Shown here piece by piece: positions 44,875 to 54,332 of a stretch of 64,000 nt of DNA. Below the pieces are notes generated by a model. It saw only the letters and a program-made list of their open reading frames with translations, did no database searches and had not been told where the DNA came from. Source of the stretch: Candidatus Methylomirabilota bacterium (GTDB lineage Bacteria > Methylomirabilota > Methylomirabilia > Rokubacteriales > CSP1-6); assembly GCA_046723845.1 (NCBI GenBank), contig JBKOVG010000159.1:764-64763 (forward strand). Direction: 5' to 3'. The position numbers and the translations under genes were made by a program. Within the stretch, counting starts at the first letter, position 1, and each line of letters opens with the position of its first letter.

Positions 44875-46908
44875 TCAGGACAGTTCGTCCCCGCCGAGCA
44901 GCCAGGCGTAGTCGAGGGCGATCTCCCGCAGGTAGTCGTAGCGGCCGGAAGCGCCGCCGTGCCCCGCGTCCATGTTGATCTTGAAGAGCACGGACTCCGC
45001 GCCCCCGTTGAGAGCGCGCAGCTTGGCGATCCACTTGGCGGGCTCCCAGTACATCACCTGGCTGTCGTTCAATGAGGTCTTGCAGAGGATGGCCGGGTAG
45101 GCGCGGGTGGCCAGGTTGGTGTACGGGCAGTAGCCGTTCATGTACTCGTACTGCTCGCGGATCTTGGGATTGCCCCACTCCTCGAACTCGCCCACGGTGA
45201 GGGGCAGCGTCTCGTCCAGCATGGTGTTGATCACGTCCACGAAGGGCACGCGGAGGATGGCGGCGCGGCAGAGGTCGGGGCGCAGGTTGAGGACGGCCCC
45301 GATGAGGAGGCCGCCCGCGCTCCCGCCCTCGATCACCAGACGCTCGCTCGACGAGTAGCCTTCCTTGGCCAGATGATCAGCGCAGGCGATGAAGTCGGTG
45401 AAGGTGTTGCGCTTCTCCATCATGCGGCCGTCGTCGTGCCAACGCTTGCCCAGCTCGCCTCCACCCCGGATGTGGGCGATGGCAATGGTGTAACCGCGGT
45501 CGAGGAGGCTCAATCGATTGGAGGAGAAGGTCACGGGATAGGGCATGCCGTACGCGCCGTAGCCCGTCAGATAGAGAGGCGCGGTGCCGTCGCACGGGCT
45601 CCGCACCCCGCAGACGAGAGAGATGGGCACCGCCACGCCGTCGGGGGCGGTGGCCCAGATGCGCTCGGAGCGATAGCGCGTGGGGTCGTAACCGCCCAGC
45701 ACCTCCGTCTGCTTGAGGAGCACGCGCTCGCGGGTGAGCACGTCGTAGTCGAAGACGGAGGCGGGCGTGATGAGCGATTGGTAGCGGAAGCGATAGAGCC
45801 GCGTGTCGAACTCCGCGTTGGCGTCCCCGCTTGCCTCGTAAGTCGGCTCGGGAAACTCGATGTGGTGGGTCGCCCCGGTGGCCAGCCACGTGATGTGCAG
45901 GCGGATGAGACCGCTCTCGCGTTCGTGCACGATGAAGTGGCTGGAGAAGGCCTCCACGTCTTCCAGCATCACGCTCTCGCGGTGGGCGACCAGCTCGGTG
46001 AAGCGCTCCGGACGCGGGTCACTCACGGGGGCGGCTACCAGGCGGAAGTTGCGCCGGCCGCCGCCGTTGGTGCGGATGTAGAACCGATCGTCGCCGTGAT
46101 CCACCGCGTACTCGTGGTCCTTCTCGCGTGGCATGAGCATCCGCCACTCGGCCGCCGGCTCGTGGGCGGGGAGATAGCGCCACTCGCTGCTCGTGAAGGA
46201 GCCCGCGGCGAGGAACACGAAGGCGCGGCTCCGCGACCGCTCCACGCCGATGCGGAAGAGCTGATCCGTCTCCTCGTAGACCAGCTCGTGGCCGGGCAGC
46301 GCCGGGCGATGGCGCCAGCAGCGGTACGGCCGCTTCGCCTCGTCCTCCGTCACGTAGAAGATGGTCGCGTTGTCGGCAGTCCACGCCACCGACGACACCT
46401 TCTCGATGGTGCCGGGCAGCAGCGCGCCGGTGCGGAGATCCTTCACGTAGAGGGTGTACTCGCGGAAGCCCGTGACGTCGGTCGAGTAGGCAAGGAGATG
46501 GCCGTCGTCGCTGGTGGCGTAGGCGCCCAGGGAGAAGAAGGGATGGCCGGCGGCGAGCGCGTTCAGGTCGAGGGTGATCTCCTCCGGCGCCTCCAGGCTT
46601 CCCGCCTTGCGGCAGTAGATTGGGTACTGCTTGCCCTTCTCCGTGCGCGAGTAGTAGAAGTGGCCGCCGCGGCGGTAGGGCACCGAGGAGTCGTCCTCCT
46701 TGATGCGACCAAGCATCTCCTGGTAGAGCGCCTCCTGGAAGGCCTCGGTGGGCTCCAGCGCCTCCGCGGTGTAGGCATTTTCCTCGCGGAGATAGGCAAT
46801 GACCTCGGGGTTGTCCTTCTCGCGCAGCCAGAAGTAGTCGTCTTGCCGGATGTCCCCGTGGAGCACGTCCGTCTTGGGAATTTTCTTCGCGATGGGCGGT
46901 GTCGGCAT
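44875..46908 (-). CDS. ptrB: Oligopeptidase B / S9A prolyl-oligopeptidase-family serine protease
   Basis: 677 aa. N-terminal DDYFWLREKDNPEVIAYLREENAYT. The catalytic Ser is in IEGGSAGGLL, and the His context is in DAGHGG. Confidence 0.9.
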   Translation of the reverse strand: MPTPPIAKKIPKTDVLHGDIRQDDYFWLREKDNPEVIAYLREENAYTAEALEPTEAFQEALYQEMLGRIKEDDSSVPYRRGGHFYYSRTEKGKQYPIYCRKAGSLEAPEEITLDLNALAAGHPFFSLGAYATSDDGHLLAYSTDVTGFREYTLYVKDLRTGALLPGTIEKVSSVAWTADNATIFYVTEDEAKRPYRCWRHRPALPGHELVYEETDQLFRIGVERSRSRAFVFLAAGSFTSSEWRYLPAHEPAAEWRMLMPREKDHEYAVDHGDDRFYIRTNGGGRRNFRLVAAPVSDPRPERFTELVAHRESVMLEDVEAFSSHFIVHERESGLIRLHITWLATGATHHIEFPEPTYEASGDANAEFDTRLYRFRYQSLITPASVFDYDVLTRERVLLKQTEVLGGYDPTRYRSERIWATAPDGVAVPISLVCGVRSPCDGTAPLYLTGYGAYGMPYPVTFSSNRLSLLDRGYTIAIAHIRGGGELGKRWHDDGRMMEKRNTFTDFIACADHLAKEGYSSSERLVIEGGSAGGLLIGAVLNLRPDLCRAAILRVPFVDVINTMLDETLPLTVGEFEEWGNPKIREQYEYMNGYCPYTNLATRAYPAILCKTSLNDSQVMYWEPAKWIAKLRALNGGAESVLFKINMDAGHGGASGRYDYLREIALDYAWLLGGDELS

Positions 46909-46970
46909 GGGCTCGAATGTACGGGCCGGCGGCGGGTTGTCAAGGCGGCCGGATGTGGTATATCCGCAGC

Positions 46971-48224
46971 ATGACGCCGCCCAATCCCTTCCTCAACACG
47001 CCCTACGGCGCGTATTTCGCGCGCGAGGTGCCGCCGGCCGACGACGAGCTGACGCGGGTGGGACCCGGCACGCCCTGCGGCGAGTACCTGCGGCGCTTCT
47101 GGCAGCCCGTAGCTTTCGCGCGCGACCTGCGCGAGGTGCCGCTGCGGATCCTGATCATGGGCGAGGACCTCGTGGTGTTCCGCGACAAGAGCGGGCGCGT
47201 GGGGCTGCTCCAGCTCCACTGCGCGCACCGGGGCACCTCGCTCGAGTACGGCCTCATCAGCGAGCGCGGCATCCGGTGCTGCTATCACGGTTGGATGTAC
47301 GACGTGGACGGCCGCATCCTCGAGACGCCGGGGGAGCCCGCCTCCAGCACCTTGAAGGATCGCCTCTGCCAGGGCGCCTATCCTGTCCTCGAGTTCGGCG
47401 GGCTCGTCTTCGCCTACATGGGGCCGCCCCCTAAGAAGCCCGCCTTCCCGCGCTACGACACCTTCGATCTGCCCGGCTACACGCTGCTGCCCGCGGGCAA
47501 GTTCGCCCTCCCGTGCAACTGGCTCCAGATCAAGGACAACAGCATGGATCCGGTGCACACCTCATTCCTCCACGCCATCTCCAGCGGCTACCAGTTCACG
47601 GAGGCCTTCGGCGCGCTCGCCGAGCTCGACTGGGAGGAGACGTCGTACGGGATGATGTACATCGCCACCCGGCGCATCGGCGACCTGGTGTGGGTGCGCG
47701 TGGCCGACTTCATGGCGCCCAACATCCATCAGTTCACCCGCGAGACCGAGGACGCCAGCCGCGAGAAGGCCTCGAGCCGCCCCGTGGTGCTTCGCTGGGC
47801 CGTGCCCATCGACGACACGCACACGTGGAACATGGAGCTGGCACAGGTGGATCCGGCCTGGGGACTCACCCCGGAGCAGGTCGCCCAGCCCGGCTTCGGC
47901 CAGTCCGACGACCGGCCCTACGAGGAGCGCCAGCGGCATCCCGCCGACTACGACGCGCAGGCGAGCCAGCGGGACATCGCCGTGCACGCCCTCGAGCATC
48001 TCGCGTCCACGGACCGCGGCGTGATCATGTTCCGCAAGATCGTGCGCGACGGCATCCGCGCGGTGGCCGCCGGTCGCGACCCACGCTTCCTGCTGCGCGC
48101 TCCCGCTCCGCCCATGGCCACCGCCTGCCAGGACACGGTGCTCCGCATTCCGCAGGAAGCCGATCCCGCCGCCGACAAGCGCCTCCTTCACGAGACGGGA
48201 CGCAAGGTCGCCCTCGGCCGCTAG
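46971..48224 (+). CDS. Rieske [2Fe-2S] aromatic-ring-hydroxylating oxygenase alpha subunit
   Basis: The Rieske motif is CAHRGTSL...CCYHGW, and the mononuclear iron motif is NSMDPVHTSFLH. The start at ATG 46971 (MTPPNPF) avoids overlap with divergent ptrB. Upstream ATGs at 46953 and 46899 are possible. Confidence 0.85.
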   Translation: MTPPNPFLNTPYGAYFAREVPPADDELTRVGPGTPCGEYLRRFWQPVAFARDLREVPLRILIMGEDLVVFRDKSGRVGLLQLHCAHRGTSLEYGLISERGIRCCYHGWMYDVDGRILETPGEPASSTLKDRLCQGAYPVLEFGGLVFAYMGPPPKKPAFPRYDTFDLPGYTLLPAGKFALPCNWLQIKDNSMDPVHTSFLHAISSGYQFTEAFGALAELDWEETSYGMMYIATRRIGDLVWVRVADFMAPNIHQFTRETEDASREKASSRPVVLRWAVPIDDTHTWNMELAQVDPAWGLTPEQVAQPGFGQSDDRPYEERQRHPADYDAQASQRDIAVHALEHLASTDRGVIMFRKIVRDGIRAVAAGRDPRFLLRAPAPPMATACQDTVLRIPQEADPAADKRLLHETGRKVALGR

Positions 48225-48388
48225 TGCCGGGCACTCTGCGGGGCTACGTGGCGTGTCGCCGATACTCCTTGGAGGCGCCCTAGTCGCACCTCGGCCGCGC
48301 GGCGCGACCTTGTCAAGAACGGCAGCCGGGCATAGGCTTGGCCTTCCCATGCTCACGTCGAGCGAGATCATGCTCCGAAGCGGCCCCC

Positions 48389-49333
48389 GTGCCTGAGCTG
48401 CCCGACGTCACCGTCTACATCGAGGCCCTCGACGCGCGCATCCGCGGCGCCCGCCTCGAGCGCGTGCGGTTGGCCAGCCCCTTCGTGGTCCGCTCGTTCG
48501 ATCCGCCCATCACCGCCGTGCACGGACGCACCGTCGGCGGGCTGCGCCGGCTCGGCAAGCGCATCGTGATCGAGCTCGACGGCGATCTGTTCCTGGTCAT
48601 CCACCTCATGATCGCGGGGCGGCTGCATTGGAGGCCGGCGGGAGCCAAGGTGCCGGGCAAGGTGGGCCTGGCCGCTTTCGACTTCTCCACGGGCACGCTG
48701 ACCCTGACCGAGGCCGGGACGAAGAAGCGCGCGGCCGTTCATCTGGTCAAGGGCGAGGCCGCGCTGGCCGAGCTGGACGCGGGTGGGATCGAGCCGCTCG
48801 GCTGCACGGCGGAGGAGCTCAGCGCCGCCATCACGCGCGAGAACCACACGCTCAAGCGCGCCCTCACCGACCCGCACATCCTCTCCGGCATCGGCAACGC
48901 GTATTCCGACGAGATCCTCCATCGCGCGAAGCTGTCACCGGTGCGGCAGACCCGTGCCTTGAGCGACGGAGAGCACGCGCGGCTCTTCGAGGCCATCCGC
49001 GCCACCCTCTATGACTGGATCGTGCGGCTGCGGGAAGAGGCCAGCGGGGAGTTTCCCGAAGGCGTCACGGCTTTCCGTCCCGACATGGCCGTGCATGGGC
49101 GCTACGGTCGCCCCTGCCCCGAGTGCGGCGCGCCCGTGCAGCGCATCCGTCATGCGGACAACGAGACCAACTACTGCGCGAAGTGCCAGACGGGCGGCAA
49201 GCTGCTCGCCGACCGCGCGCTGTCGCGCCTGCTCCGAGCCGACTGGCCGCGCACCCTCGAGGAGATGGAGGAGCGCCACGGGCGGGCCGTCCGGAGTAAT
49301 ATGGGCGGGCCCACGGGGAGGGGGCGTACATGA
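48389..49333 (+). CDS. Fpg/Nei-family DNA glycosylase/AP lyase
   Basis: GTG 48389 gives (M)PELPDV..., with the catalytic N-terminal Pro. H2TH is seen in DPHILSGIGNAYSDEILHRA, and the zinc finger is CPECGAPV...YCAKCQ. The track ORF starts 51 nt further upstream. Confidence 0.85.
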   Translation: MPELPDVTVYIEALDARIRGARLERVRLASPFVVRSFDPPITAVHGRTVGGLRRLGKRIVIELDGDLFLVIHLMIAGRLHWRPAGAKVPGKVGLAAFDFSTGTLTLTEAGTKKRAAVHLVKGEAALAELDAGGIEPLGCTAEELSAAITRENHTLKRALTDPHILSGIGNAYSDEILHRAKLSPVRQTRALSDGEHARLFEAIRATLYDWIVRLREEASGEFPEGVTAFRPDMAVHGRYGRPCPECGAPVQRIRHADNETNYCAKCQTGGKLLADRALSRLLRADWPRTLEEMEERHGRAVRSNMGGPTGRGRT

Positions 49334-49866
49334 TCACGGCACTCGAGTTCATCCAGGGCGGGCTCAAGCAGCTCCACGGCAACCTCGACAAGCAGCTCGA
49401 GAACATCACGCCCGATCAGCTTCACGCCGTCCCCGCGGGCAACCCCAAGGCCAACACCATCGCGTGGGGACTCTGGCACTACGCGCGCACCGAGGACAAC
49501 GTGGTCCAGTACATCCTGCAGAACAAGAAGCCGCCCATCTGGGTCGAGGGCGGCTACGCCGCGAAGACGGGCCTGCCCGAGATGGCGCAGGGCACCGGCA
49601 TGTCGACGGCGGAGGCGCAGGCCCTCCGCATCAAGGACCTCGCGGCCTTCAAGGAGTACATGGGCAAGGTGTGGGCCTCTACGGAGGCCCTCATCACCAC
49701 GAACGACCCCTCCCTCCTGGATCGGAATGTGACGGTGCGGCCGCTCGGCGAGATGCACGCCATGCGCGCTCTCGGCATGGTCTGCCTCACCCACGGCATG
49801 ACCCACTTCGGCGAGATCGAGCTGGCACGCACCATCGTGGGCGCGGGTCCGGTCTCCAGCGTCTAG
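49330..49866 (+). CDS. DinB-family (DinB_2) four-helix-bundle protein
   Basis: 178 aa, in ATGA overlap with the glycosylase gene. His-containing helices are WGLWHYARTED and LTHGMTHFGEI. Confidence 0.7.
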   Translation: MITALEFIQGGLKQLHGNLDKQLENITPDQLHAVPAGNPKANTIAWGLWHYARTEDNVVQYILQNKKPPIWVEGGYAAKTGLPEMAQGTGMSTAEAQALRIKDLAAFKEYMGKVWASTEALITTNDPSLLDRNVTVRPLGEMHAMRALGMVCLTHGMTHFGEIELARTIVGAGPVSSV

Positions 49867-49887
49867 CCTTCGAGCCCGCCGCTCGTC

Positions 49888-50886
49888 ATGACCGCGCCGG
49901 CGACGCCCGTGAGCCGCCGCGCGGCCCTGGCTGTTCTCCTCGCCCTCGGAACGCTCGCGCCCGCAGCCCCCCTGGCCCAGCAGCCGCCGCGAGCTCCCCG
50001 CGTCGGCGTGATCGGCGAGCGATCCGCGAGCGATCCCTTCCTCGTCGCCTTCCGACGGGGGATGAGCAAGCTCGGCTACGTCGATGGCCGCAACATCACT
50101 ATCGAGTATCGCTACGCGCAGGGGGCGCTCGACCAGGTCCCCCGCCTCGCCGCGGAGCTGATCGATCTCAAGGTCGACGTGCTGGTGGTGGGCGGCACGG
50201 TGTCCACGCAATCGGCCATGAAGGTCAGCCGCTCCGTGCCCATCGTCTTCACTACCGTGGGCGATCCAGCTGGGAGCGGCATCGTAGCCAGTCTCGCCCG
50301 CCCGGGCGGGAACGTGACGGGGCTGGCAAGCTTCACCTTCGAGCTGAGCGGGAAGCAGCTCGAGCTGCTCCACGCGGCGGTCCCGAAGCTGTCTCGCGTC
50401 ACCGTCCTCTACAATCCGCTCAACCCCGCCGCCAAGGTGGGTATCGACACGACCAAGAACGCCGCCGGCGCCCTCGGCGTCGAGCTTCAGCTCCTCGAGG
50501 TGCGCCGGCCGGAAAATCTCTCCGGCGTTTTCTCGGCGCTGACCCCGTGGCATTCCGGGGGCCTGCTCGTGCTCGCGGACCCCGTGTTCGGCAATCAGCT
50601 CCCGCGGCTGGCCAAGCTCGCGGCCGCCCAACGCCTGCCCGCGATCTACCTGCGGAGCGAGTTCGCGGAAGCGGGCGGGCTGCTCGCCTACGGCCCGAGC
50701 TTCGCCGACAACTATCGCCGCGCCGCCGCCTATGTAGACAAGATCCTCAAGGGTGCCAAACCCGCCGATCTTCCCGTGGAACAGCCGACCAGGTTCGAGC
50801 TCGCCGTCAACCTGAAGACGGCCAAGGCCTTCGGCCTCACCCTACCTCAGGAGTTGGTGGGCCGGGCGGACCAGGTCATCCAGTAG
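49888..50886 (+). CDS. ABC-transporter-type substrate-binding protein (ABC_sub_bind family), orphan paralogue
   Basis: 332 aa. Co-linear similarity to 36043-37035 includes SVPIVFTTVGDPAGSGIVASLARPGGNVTG...PVEQPTRFELAVNLKTAKAFGLTLPQELVGRADQVIQ. Confidence 0.8.
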   Translation: MTAPATPVSRRAALAVLLALGTLAPAAPLAQQPPRAPRVGVIGERSASDPFLVAFRRGMSKLGYVDGRNITIEYRYAQGALDQVPRLAAELIDLKVDVLVVGGTVSTQSAMKVSRSVPIVFTTVGDPAGSGIVASLARPGGNVTGLASFTFELSGKQLELLHAAVPKLSRVTVLYNPLNPAAKVGIDTTKNAAGALGVELQLLEVRRPENLSGVFSALTPWHSGGLLVLADPVFGNQLPRLAKLAAAQRLPAIYLRSEFAEAGGLLAYGPSFADNYRRAAAYVDKILKGAKPADLPVEQPTRFELAVNLKTAKAFGLTLPQELVGRADQVIQ

Positions 50887-50910
50887 CCGCGAGCCGCGCG
50901 GGCGGCTCCG

Positions 50911-51618
50911 TCAGCAGCCAAGCTCGTCGGCGAGATGAACGAAGTCGCGCGCGATGAAGTCCCAGTCCTGCTCGGCCTTGAGGTCCTTGCTCTGCCCCGG
51001 GCCGTACTCGTGGGGACGCGTGACGAAGCAGGTGCGGAGGCCGCCGCGGCGCGCGGCGGTGAGATCGCCGTTGTGGGCAGCGACCAGAGCAACCTCGGAC
51101 GGCTCGAGGCCGAGGAAGTCCACGGTGCCCAGGTAGCACTCGGGCTGCGGCTTGTAGTGCCGCGTCACCTCGGCGCCGAGGATGGTGTCCCACGGCAGCC
51201 CCGCGCGCTTGGCCATATTGACCATGAGGGCGACGTTGCCGTTCGAGAGCGTGGCCAGGATGTACTTCTTCTTCATGCGCAGGAGTCCGGGCACGGAGTC
51301 GGGCCAGGGGTCGAGGCGATGCCAGGCGCGGTTGAAATGATCCAGGTCCGCTTCGGTCAGTCCCTTGATGCCGAACTCGGCCACGAGCTTGTCCAGGCTC
51401 TCGCGATGGAGCACGTCGAGCTTCACGAAGGGCCGCCGACCGCTCCGCACCTCGTCCATGGCCGGCTGGTAGAGCCCTCGCCACTTGTCGGCGAAGAGCT
51501 GCCAATCCACGCCCGTGATCCCCTTCGCGCGCCCGAAGGCCTCGCCCTCGCGGAAGATGCTGGAGCGCCAGTCCACCACGGTGCCGAACACGTCGAAGGT
51601 CAGCGCCTTGATCGCCAT
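50911..51618 (-). CDS. Haloacid dehalogenase type II / HAD-superfamily hydrolase
   Basis: 235 aa from ATG 51618. HAD motif I is LTFDVFGTVVDW, followed by ATLSNGN and AAHNGDL. It starts 2 nt after the amidase stop. Confidence 0.8.
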   Translation of the reverse strand: MAIKALTFDVFGTVVDWRSSIFREGEAFGRAKGITGVDWQLFADKWRGLYQPAMDEVRSGRRPFVKLDVLHRESLDKLVAEFGIKGLTEADLDHFNRAWHRLDPWPDSVPGLLRMKKKYILATLSNGNVALMVNMAKRAGLPWDTILGAEVTRHYKPQPECYLGTVDFLGLEPSEVALVAAHNGDLTAARRGGLRTCFVTRPHEYGPGQSKDLKAEQDWDFIARDFVHLADELGC

Positions 51619-51620
51619 GG

Positions 51621-53033
51621 CTAGTCCACCTCGGGACGCTTGTGCTGCCACGGTTGCGCCTTCTCGAAGGCCGCCGCGGCCTGGAGCACGGTGAGATCGG
51701 CGAAGCGGCGGCCCACCACCTGCAGTCCCACGGGGAGGCCCGCCTTGGTGAAGCCCGCGGGGAGGGAGCACGCCGGCTGGCCGGTGAAGTTGAATGGATA
51801 GGAGAAGGAGGCCCAGGGCAGCCAGTCCCACGCGTGCTGCGGCCAGTGCTCGGGGTTGAGACGGCCGAGGGGGAAGGCGGCCACCGACACGCTGGGCGTC
51901 AGCAGCAGATCGTACTTCCCGAAGAGCGGCCGCACGGAATCCCAATGGGTGATCTTCTTGCCGCGCATGTCGATGTACTTCGCGACGCTCACCTTCAAGC
52001 CGTCCTCGATGCACGCCACGAAGCCGGGATCCATCTTGTCCCGCCACTTGGGCAGGTAGGAGCCCCACGCGCCCGCGTAGTGCGCGCCCCACATCACTCG
52101 GATCATGTCGTGCGTGTCGGCGAACTTGGTCTGCACCTCCTCGACCTTGGCTCCCAGCTCCTTGAACGCACCCACCGCCTTCTTGACCACGGCGGCGATC
52201 TCCGGGTCCACGGGGAGGTTGTCGAGGTTCGGGCTCCACGCCACGCGCAGCCCCTTGACGCCGCGGTCGAGCTTGCCCACGTAGTCCTCGGGCGCGGCAT
52301 CCAGCGAGGTGCGATCCCAGTCGTCGGGGCCCGCCATGATGCTCATCATGAGCGCGGAGTCGGCCACCGTCCGCGTCATGGGCCCGTTGTGGGTGGTGTA
52401 GTCGTTGTTCGACACGGGCCACTGCGGCACGCGCCCGTAGGACGGCTTGTGGCCGAACACGCCGCAGAAGGCCGAGGGCACGCGAATAGAGCCCGCGCCG
52501 TCCGATCCCTGGTGGAGCGGACCGAGGCCGGCGGCGGCGGCCGCTCCCGCGCCGGCGCTGGAGCCGCCCGTGTTCATGGCGAGGTTCCAGGGGTTGTGCG
52601 TGTCGCCGGTGAGCGGGCAGCCGCTCAGCGCCTTCCAGCCGAACTCGGGCGACGTGGTCTTGCCCGTGAGGATGCCCCCCGCCTCCTTGAGCCGCCGCAC
52701 GAAGGGCGCGTCATGATCAGGCACTCGGTCCGCGAAGATGTACGAACCCGACATCGTCCGCACGCCCTTGGTGAAGGCGAGGTCCTTGATGGAGAAGGGA
52801 ATGCCGTGGATCGGCCCCAGCTTCTTCTTCTTCTTCATCACCGCCTGCTCGGCGGCCCGTGCTCCCTTCATGGCGTCGTCGGCGGTGATGGTGCAGAAGG
52901 CGTTGAGTTTGGGATTGATCTTCTCGATGCGCTCGAGCACCGCTTTCATCAGCTCGACCGGGGAGAGCTTCTTCGAGCGGATGAGCGGGATCAGCTTGGT
53001 CGCCGGGGTGTAGCAGAGTTCGGTCGAGGTCAT
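51621..53033 (-). CDS. Amidase-signature (AS) family amidase
   Basis: 470 aa. Reads GIPFSIKD...GGSSAGAGAAAAAG...GSDGAGSIRVPSAFCG, with the Ser-cisSer-Lys signature region. Confidence 0.9.
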   Translation of the reverse strand: MTSTELCYTPATKLIPLIRSKKLSPVELMKAVLERIEKINPKLNAFCTITADDAMKGARAAEQAVMKKKKKLGPIHGIPFSIKDLAFTKGVRTMSGSYIFADRVPDHDAPFVRRLKEAGGILTGKTTSPEFGWKALSGCPLTGDTHNPWNLAMNTGGSSAGAGAAAAAGLGPLHQGSDGAGSIRVPSAFCGVFGHKPSYGRVPQWPVSNNDYTTHNGPMTRTVADSALMMSIMAGPDDWDRTSLDAAPEDYVGKLDRGVKGLRVAWSPNLDNLPVDPEIAAVVKKAVGAFKELGAKVEEVQTKFADTHDMIRVMWGAHYAGAWGSYLPKWRDKMDPGFVACIEDGLKVSVAKYIDMRGKKITHWDSVRPLFGKYDLLLTPSVSVAAFPLGRLNPEHWPQHAWDWLPWASFSYPFNFTGQPACSLPAGFTKAGLPVGLQVVGRRFADLTVLQAAAAFEKAQPWQHKRPEVD

Positions 53034-53117
53034 ACCGTCCTCCGGGCTCGGGGTGATTGCGTGGGCCGCATGGTAGCACGACGCTCCGGACGGTTCGCGG
53101 CCGTGGCGGAGGCGGGG

Positions 53118-53738
53118 CTAGCCGGAGGGCCTACTCCGGACGGAGACGGGCACGACCACGGGCAGCTGGCCGCGGCGCTCGATGCGGTAGCGCACGGTGG
53201 TGAGGCGCGAGGGGCAACAGAGGGGATCGGCGGCCGTGTAGCGGAGGAAGGTCACCTCGATCGAGGTCGTCGAGAGCAGGCGCACCTCGCTCAGGGCGCC
53301 GTCCGTCCGCGAGTCCATGGGCGTGGGCGACAGCGTGCCCGCGAAGTCGCCCTGCACGAAGACGAAGGCCTGGTAGTCCCAGGGGCGACACATCCCGTCC
53401 ACCGCGGCATCGGCAAGAAGCACGGTGGTGCGGCCCTTGACCCGCGCGGGGCTGTAGAGCGACCAGCCGGCCGTCACCACGTCACGCTCCGCCGCCGTCT
53501 CCGGCTCGCGCACGGAGCTTGCGCAGCGCGGATCGCGGGGCGCGGTGCCCTTGGGCGGGGGCGCCGTCGGCACGGCGGCGCCCATCTGATTCCAGGATGC
53601 GAGGGCGGCGTCGAGCCAGGCCCCGGTCTGCGCGGCGGCAGGCGAGGTGCCGAGCAGGAGCACAGCCACGATCAGGAGAGAGCGCGCGCGCACGTCGACC
53701 GCTGAGGGTATGCTCTCCACGGCGGAAAAGTATCCCAC
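53118..53738 (-). CDS. Hypothetical exported protein (LppP/LprE-like?)
   Basis: About 200 aa with a signal-like segment RSLLIVAVLLLGTSPAAAQ. The start codon is uncertain and the family assignment is weak. Confidence 0.5.
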   Translation of the reverse strand: MGYFSAVESIPSAVDVRARSLLIVAVLLLGTSPAAAQTGAWLDAALASWNQMGAAVPTAPPPKGTAPRDPRCASSVREPETAAERDVVTAGWSLYSPARVKGRTTVLLADAAVDGMCRPWDYQAFVFVQGDFAGTLSPTPMDSRTDGALSEVRLLSTTSIEVTFLRYTAADPLCCPSRLTTVRYRIERRGQLPVVVPVSVRSRPSG

Positions 53739-53752
53739 AGGGAGGAGAGGCG

Positions 53753-54307
53753 ATGTCGCGGACCGAGCGCCCGCATCCGGGCGCGGACATGGAGCGCTTC
53801 GTGCGGGAGCAGATGGCCTTCGTGGGCCTGCACGAGGAGGACGTGCAGGTCATCCGGCGCACCGCACCCCTCGTCCTCAAGCACGAGGCCACGCTCACCG
53901 CCGCCCTCTACGAGCACTTCCTCAAGTTCCCCGACACCGCACAGTTCTTTCTCGACGAGGACGGCACGCCCGATCGCACGCGTATCGAGCGACGCCGGCA
54001 CAGCCTCGGCCGCTGGCTGCGTGAGACGGCCGAGGTGGCCATCACCCATGGCTTCGTGTACTACAGCCTCGCCGTGGCCCTTTCCCACAGCCACCGCGAG
54101 TACGGACCGGGCGGCAAGATTCCCGCGCAGTTCATGGTGGGCGCCATGAGCCTGACCCAGAGCGCGCTCGCCTCCGTCCTCGGCGACGAGATCGCCGATC
54201 CGCGGGAGGCGCTGGAAGCGGTGACGGCGTGGAACAAGCTCCTCCTCGTCCAGCTCAGCGTGCTCCTCCTCGGCTACCTGTTGCCGCCGCGGGGCGGCCG
54301 CGATTGA
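53753..54307 (+). CDS. Protoglobin-domain protein
   Basis: 184 aa with GGAGGAGAGG Shine-Dalgarno upstream. Reads FVGLHEEDVQVIRRTAPLVLKHEATLTAALYEHFLKFPDTAQFF...RLGRWL...HSH, a globin-coupled-sensor-type globin pattern with no output domain. Confidence 0.65.
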   Translation: MSRTERPHPGADMERFVREQMAFVGLHEEDVQVIRRTAPLVLKHEATLTAALYEHFLKFPDTAQFFLDEDGTPDRTRIERRRHSLGRWLRETAEVAITHGFVYYSLAVALSHSHREYGPGGKIPAQFMVGAMSLTQSALASVLGDEIADPREALEAVTAWNKLLLVQLSVLLLGYLLPPRGGRD

Positions 54308-54332
54308 CAGGTCGCGGACCTCACGGCATAGT

